A stretch of DNA of 50,147 nt, filler included, from Catajapyx aquilonaris (Eukaryota): the NCBI GenBank assembly GCA_000934665.2. It is 3 parts of 3 records of this genome, joined end to end, with 100 filler letters (N's around TTAATTAATTAA, not from the genome) between each part and the next. Parts side by side here need not be neighbours in the genome. Positions count along the whole stretch, not along the records: positions 33,504 to 50,147 come from JYFJ02007141.1; 2 more parts are not named here. One strand, written 5' to 3'. A model generated the notes under the pieces. The model did no database searches. It was not told where the DNA came from and saw only the letters and a program-made list of their open reading frames with translations. The translations under genes and the position numbers were made by a program. Shown here one piece after another: positions 43,953 to 50,147 of this stretch (its first letter is position 1; each line of letters opens with the position of its first letter).

Positions 43953-46900
43953 GTGAGTATGCCCGCTCGTCGTTCTTGTGGTATGGGGTTCGTTTTGCAT
44001 GGTTGGACCCGTGCTAGGACGTAAATATCATGGGATTTGGTTCATATACAGCGCTGCAATTTAGGGGAAAAGGAGAAGAATGTAGGATTGTTTTTGTTGT
44101 TCGTGTTCCAGGCATGAAGTGGTTTGGAGGAATTTGGCGACAGGGATTCCGTCAGGGGCATGAACTGAAGGGTATGGTTGGTTGTGGGTGGTGGTAACGT
44201 TGTGTTTCAGGGCAGAGATTGCCTCGCTTGTGTTACTTGTTGTTGTGTATATTTATTCAGAATGAGGCTGACCTGGCAGGGTGGAGTGTTGTTTTCTGTA
44301 GTCAGTTTGACAAGGTAGATGTGAATACACTGGCTTTCTAATCATCCCATTTTGCAGTCAGATCGTGCGACTGGATGTCGTTTTCAGCGTTTGTTTTAGG
44401 ACAGTCGTGGGAATTGGAAATAGGCCCGCTAATGTGACAAGTACATTGTTTCGTGTTGCTTTTTGACGTACCTCTCCTAGCAAAAGTTTGTGGTTCACAT
44501 CCCCCTCTGCTCTTAGGTTCCCTGTCTCCATTTGATTAGTTTCATCTGAATTTACTGCTAAACATGCACCCAGAAGTGAAATTTTTGGGCATTTTTGACA
44601 CTTCCACTGAATTTAACTGGATGGAATTCATTTTTGTAAAAGAGCCCTATGTTTGAACATTGTGCTCATTTATGCATTTCCAGTTGTATAGTTTGCCCAA
44701 CTTGATGTGAAATTCCAGTTGACCAACCTGACAGTGGGGAAGAGTGAGAGGTACACTGTGTTATGTTGCTTCTACAGAACTTTGCCAACCACAAAGTTTT
44801 GCTGGACAGGTGTATGTGGTTCAGGGTTCAGTGTAGGATATACGTGGACTTTTGCAAGTTTTAATATACACTGTACTCCCAATTATCTGGGTGCAGATTA
44901 TCCATGCATCGCCAAAACAAAAATATAGAAGTCCGAAAAAGTCTTCATCTGTCTCGCAAACAAAGAAATGTAACAGTTTTTCCAGAAGACAAACTCTAAA
45001 TCTATGGTAAGTTTTCTTATTTTGGTTAACCCCTATTTAAAGCAGCATACACTATGTACAGTAGTACACTAAAACTTGAATAGCTAATTTTTATAGTGTC
45101 TAGGACCGTTTTCCGATTATCCAGGGACACCCGTGCATTTATTAGCTATCACAGCTCAGTGAATCACACTCAGCCCCTATGTCAAGTGGAACAGTCCTGA
45201 ATTCGAAGGCAAGACTGGAAATATAGGCCCTGTTGCACTGCAGAAGATAGACCACCACGGTGGATTTCAGATTTGTAGAAATCTTTCTCTACTGCTATAA
45301 AACCTGTCAGAGGTTTCACTTGCGTAGCTTAAAATTTTCGTTATACAGCCCAGTCCACTGCATAAGTTGCTACTTTAAGCAAGGGATAAGAGGTAGATAT
45401 ATGAACTGTTCACTGCAGCAGTCCGTTTATAGAGAATTGTTAGATCCTAACAAATGCATGTTCCATGATTGCTGCTTCCCATAAATTTGTTGTTGGGGTA
45501 AACAATTTGTGATTGGCTGGCAGGGAGAGAGGGGATGGGGCATACAACAAAAATACAGTGCAACTTCCCAGCTTGAACCGAACAAAATTTCTCAAATAGA
45601 CAGGTTTCCACTGAATGCAGGGTTTGTTACAGACAGGTTTCACTGTCATTATTAGCAGAAATGCATTCCTAGAACCTCATCAAAAATGAAATTACTGAGG
45701 AGGTAATGAACCAGTCCAACTGTTGATTTACATGTGAACACCACATGGAATTCCCATAGATTTGGGATTTGGTGATTTGGGAGTTACCGAGTTTATGATT
45801 ACAATGATGTACTGTATTTGTATTATTGTAACTTGCAGCAGTGGCTGATTTGTACCCAAACTGAATTGGAATGAATTTCCAATTGGGAGTGGCCCAATTA
45901 TAAATGTCATCGAATACTAATGATAACCCATATTTTTGCAGATGGAAACTCACAACCTTTGCTAAGCATGGGTCCATGCAACCTAATATTGACATGTAAT
46001 GTTTTGGTAAGTATTAAAGTTTACTAGAAACAAGCAGCTTAGGGTCAAAAAATCACTAATGGCAGATATCCATTTGGTATACCCTGTGTAAGTGTCATAT
46101 ATTGTCAAAATGTGCACATTTATTTTGAAGTCAGGGTTATAATTGTATGAAAAATGCTTCACAGAATACTGAGAGCTTATTGTTCTATATGTTAAAATAT
46201 ATTGTGAATAATATTTTCCAAGTTATTGCACCTTTTTAATTATGAATCATGTTGGAAACTCAAGGCACTGGAAGGCCTGTTGCTGCCTGATTCATTGAGA
46301 AGTTCATTGACATTATATATGGCAGTGCAGGGGAGCACAGGTGTAGAGTATTGCATCTGTTTCATGCCATTTGTAAGAAACAGTTGCGTTATGGTGTGGC
46401 ACGCATTTCAATTGCAGTGCACAGATGTGTTCTCATCATTTGCTGGTTAGTTCATTGCCAGGAACATGCATCAGTTGAAACTGTGGGGAAACCATCAAGG
46501 TAACATTAGAAAAAGTTTAATTGAGCTCGATTGGTAGGCTATATTGAATAAATTATATTATTGACATTTGATTCAATAGTGCTAATAATGTCAAATTTTA
46601 ATTAACTTACATCTATACTTTACATAGAAGATCAACCAATGTTACTAGTGAGTAATTGTGATGCGTATAGAGCTCTTCAGGAGAAATAATAATTTCTTTT
46701 CACATAATTGTTTGATAAGGGCACATTTATATCGCAGCATTGGTTTTGGCTGTAGGAATTGATTTCAGTGTTAATGTACTGTAATTACTTCTGCTTTATA
46801 CAGGGTGTTCCAATTGAAATGTCTGTTTTAGTGACTGCCTCTAGGTGGCGGAAAAGATATGCATGATAGAAATGTATGAGGACTGATCAAATGAAAGCAA

Positions 46901-48076
46901 GAAAAGTGAAATTATTGATTTTTTCGTAGACCATATGGGATGGTGTTTGAGAGGGATAGTTGTGAACTGAAATGGAAATTCAGGCAGATTGCCAATAGGC
47001 AAAGTGTCAGTTGTACAGTAGCTGTGCCTTCTGGTGTACACCAAGGAGGAGGAGGAGGAGGAGGTGTTCCGTTTGGGATATAAACCTTATGAAACCCATG
47101 GAAAATGTATTGGGAAGTGTAGGCATTCTACGGATATGCCAAGTGTCATGTAGTCACCTAGCTATGAGTGGTGTGAAATATCTTGGAAAAATGACAGTAT
47201 GTCAGATGCACCTCTGCCAGGCCAGTGGAATGGAGCTGTGGCCCCTTGAACTTTTTACAGCACCAGTAGACATGTGACGGCAAGACACATGGCAGATCAT
47301 ATCCAATCATATATCATATCTGGAACATATCAAAATTACTCCCTTCTCCTCCTTGGTCAGTGTCTGAAGAGGAACTGGCATCTTGAAACAGGTGATGCTG
47401 AGCCAGTCTCCACCAAACGGCAAACTCTTTGAAGTTATTACTACTACATGAATCCATTACTGTTCCTCTCAAACACCATCCCAAACAGGAATTTTCATTA
47501 AAACAATTTGCTGCATATTTATCTCTTTATAAGAGCCCTTGCTACTTTTTGGAGCATTACTGAAGGTGCACCACTATCTTATCACAGCTGCTGTCCGACT
47601 CCCTCTCCACCTATTGACAAACTGCCTGAAGTTATGAGTACCGTACGAGTCTGCAACACACTCGTAAGGCATCCCAAACAGCCAGTTTAAATATTTATAT
47701 GGCAAATTCTCGTTTTCATTTGATCAAGGTATGCGTTGTACTACAATTCTGGTAATTTGTAAGAAAAGCTTACCCGAATTCCAAACTTGTTAAATGGTCA
47801 TGGCATCTCTGTTAGATATGATGACACTTTTGGTGTGCTCGTTATTTTAGAAAAAACTTGAGTATACCGCGCAAGTACCCAGAAAAAAAGCACTTTATAA
47901 AAATTGAAGATAGACAGAATAAACATTATGATGGGTAATGTAATTGTAAGCCCCAGTTAACTCATTATTCATGTCTCATATTATTATATATTTATTTAGC
48001 AGCCTGGCAGTGTCCATACTTAGAAGGTGTGTCCAGTGGCAGGAATAATACGGGCCTTCAACAGGGCGCTTCAGAA

Positions 48077-48092
48077 ATGCCAACAGCTACAG
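48077..48092 (+). CDS. CNOT7: CAF1/Pop2 (CNOT7/8) first coding exon
   Basis: ATG CCA ACA GCT ACA G|GTAAAT = MPTAT (compare MPAAT); exon begins about 48000 after TTTAG; phase 1. Confidence 0.85.
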
Positions 48093-48337
48093 GTAAATTA
48101 AAATAGATTATTGTAATCATGACATATGGAACCAGATTATCATTATTGTTGCCATTTTTTGTGTGTTATTGCCACATGGGTTTATGCCCTGACGTTTAAA
48201 AAAAAGTTCCACATGTCACCATTTGTTCATTACTGTCCAAGTCATAGTGACAGTGCCAATGGAGGTGATTTCATTTGAAACTTTTAAAAATCGGAGTATG
48301 GTGTCTGCATTTAATTCACCTTATTATTTATTTCCAG

Positions 48338-48462
48338 GTTCTTCGAACCAAAACGTCCCAACGAATGAGGAGTGTGGAATTCGGGACGTCTGGGCACACA
48401 ACTTGGAAGATGAATTCAAGTGCATAAGACAAGTAGTACAAAAGTACAACTACGTAGCCATG
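48338..48462 (+). CDS. CNOT7: CAF1/Pop2 (CNOT7/8) deadenylase, second coding exon; gene continues beyond window
   Basis: GSSNQNVPTNEECGIRDVWAHNLEDEFKCIRQVVQKYNYVAM|GTATGT, the conserved segment just before the DTEFPG catalytic motif. Confidence 0.95.
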
Positions 48463-50070
48463 GTATGTCTTTTGTCATGAATAATTATTAGCGTATTACC
48501 TCACTTATTGCGGCATGCCGGTGTAGGCGAGGTCGACCAGTTTTATCTGGTGGCTTTACCGGCATGCCGGTCTAAGCGAGGTATGCCAGTATAAGGCGAG
48601 GTTTTCTTACGATCTCTATGAAAATTATTATTATTAAGGAATGCATTACACCATGTTCTACGGTATGGATACAGCCCAGGACACTTCTATCGCCTGCAAC
48701 ATCCCATAAGATCGTTCGTTAAGTTCAAATTTTACTGCAACATTTTCAATTAAAAGTGCAAGCTGCTACAAGGGAAGCATACCCACCAGGATATTTCATA
48801 AGTTTGTTTTGGATTTTATTATCTGAGTGACGAGGCTTCTCCGACAAATCAATGCCACTACACAAAGTGATCTTCTGATTGTCAATGAGATCTGCGACCA
48901 GCGAACTATTGATAGCAAAGCGAAGGACTGAAGGAATTTGCCTTGATCCTTTGCAGATCCTTTGTAATGTTTAGGAGGGGTTCCCCTCTCACAAGGGAAG
49001 ACCGCTACCTCGAGTCAACGGAATTAGCCAAAAATCACTCGGTGGGTAAATCACATGCGTAGAATTCATTGGTGAACGAAAAATGACCCACTTCGCAGCC
49101 ATTTCCAAGATATGAGCGACGACAGATACCGCGTGCTGAATAGCACATCCGCCCTGTAATCCAACACTCCCCGCTTTCTCTCTCTTCTTTGTCCCCTTCC
49201 CGCTCCCCTCTCTTTCTAAGTTCTGTATCTGTTTTTGTTTTTGGCTGCACATTCTGATGAGGCAAAATGTCAAAGGCACTAGTTGAAGATTTCCTGCAGA
49301 AATCTCATGTAAACATTACCCGTATTATTTGAAATGCCATTCAAAAGGAATAGTAGGGGTCGATGAATGAGTAATATGAATATCAAAATTTTGGGAACCA
49401 TTTTGGATTTTCTTGAGCATGAATATGATCAGCTCATAGAAAGTGGAAATACCTTGCAAATGCACACATTAAATTTAAGATTTAACCTGATCTTATGGAC
49501 CTCCCAAGTAACAGCGTATGGGGCAAAAATGTTTGAAAATTGGTACATTTGACACCCTATAGCAGGGCTATTCAACTGGCGGACAGCGGTCTGGTTCTGG
49601 ACTGTGGCGCAATTTTGTCAGGACCTCGACGATATACCACTACAGTCATGTCAGAAATGGAAAAATGTTTCAACATGTCCTGCCTAAGAATAGGCCCTTG
49701 ACCCTTTCTGTACATGTTTTCAACAACAACAACATCACGACATTTCCCTATGAGGGGTAGTCAGCGATGAAGGGAGACGCAAGCTAACCCGACATATGAA
49801 CTAATAAAACTCATGAGAATAAACCTAAAAACAACCTGTCCCACCCCCCACCCCTGCCCACCTCAGACATCACCTTATCTTCAGACATATTTACCTATTT
49901 ACCCATTAATTAACCTACGCCATTTACACTTATCCAAACAAACAACTCTAGCCTCAGCCACTCCCGTGGTCCTCAATCCTCCAATCCTTTATTATTTAAA
50001 TGTCATAAACATGTGCTGTAACTTAAACTCAGGGGTAGAGAGTCTTTGAGTTATTTGGGATCATCAGTAA

Positions 50071-50147
50071 GGGGTCGTCCATAAACCACGTGACCGATTT
50101 TCGGGCACTTTTTGACCCCCCCTCCCCCCCAGTGACCGACCGTGGTA
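50071..50147 (+). mobile_element. 5' end of a PIF/Harbinger-like MITE
   Basis: TAA followed by GGGGTCGTCCATAAACCACGTG; other end outside the window. Confidence 0.55.

Overview
Animal (probably arthropod) genomic scaffold with two 100-bp assembly gaps. Recognisable genes: (1) a complete-looking 7-exon RFX-family transcription factor on + (about 16767-23588, about 745 aa) whose DNA-binding wing lacks the SKYH motif and whose dimerisation domain is unusually diverged; (2) the 5' end of CAF1/Pop2 (CNOT7/8) on + near 43.9-48.5 kb. Two small orphan spliced-gene candidates lie at about 34.3-34.9 kb (+) and 43.0-43.6 kb (-). From 17 to 50 kb the DNA is rich in mobile elements: tRNA-derived SINEs, Tc1/mariner, pogo, hAT, P-like and Harbinger-like MITEs, two large foldbacks, Helitron-type ends and a young non-autonomous Gypsy-type LTR element with a nested DNA transposon. 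The first 16 kb is very different: nearly transposon-free and densely packed with stop- and frameshift-interrupted reading frames joined by short (39-94 nt) phase-consistent GT-AG introns, none recognisable. It looks like a decayed block of a compact foreign genome, such as an intron-containing endogenous large DNA virus. All translations and alignments were done by eye and no homology searches were run.
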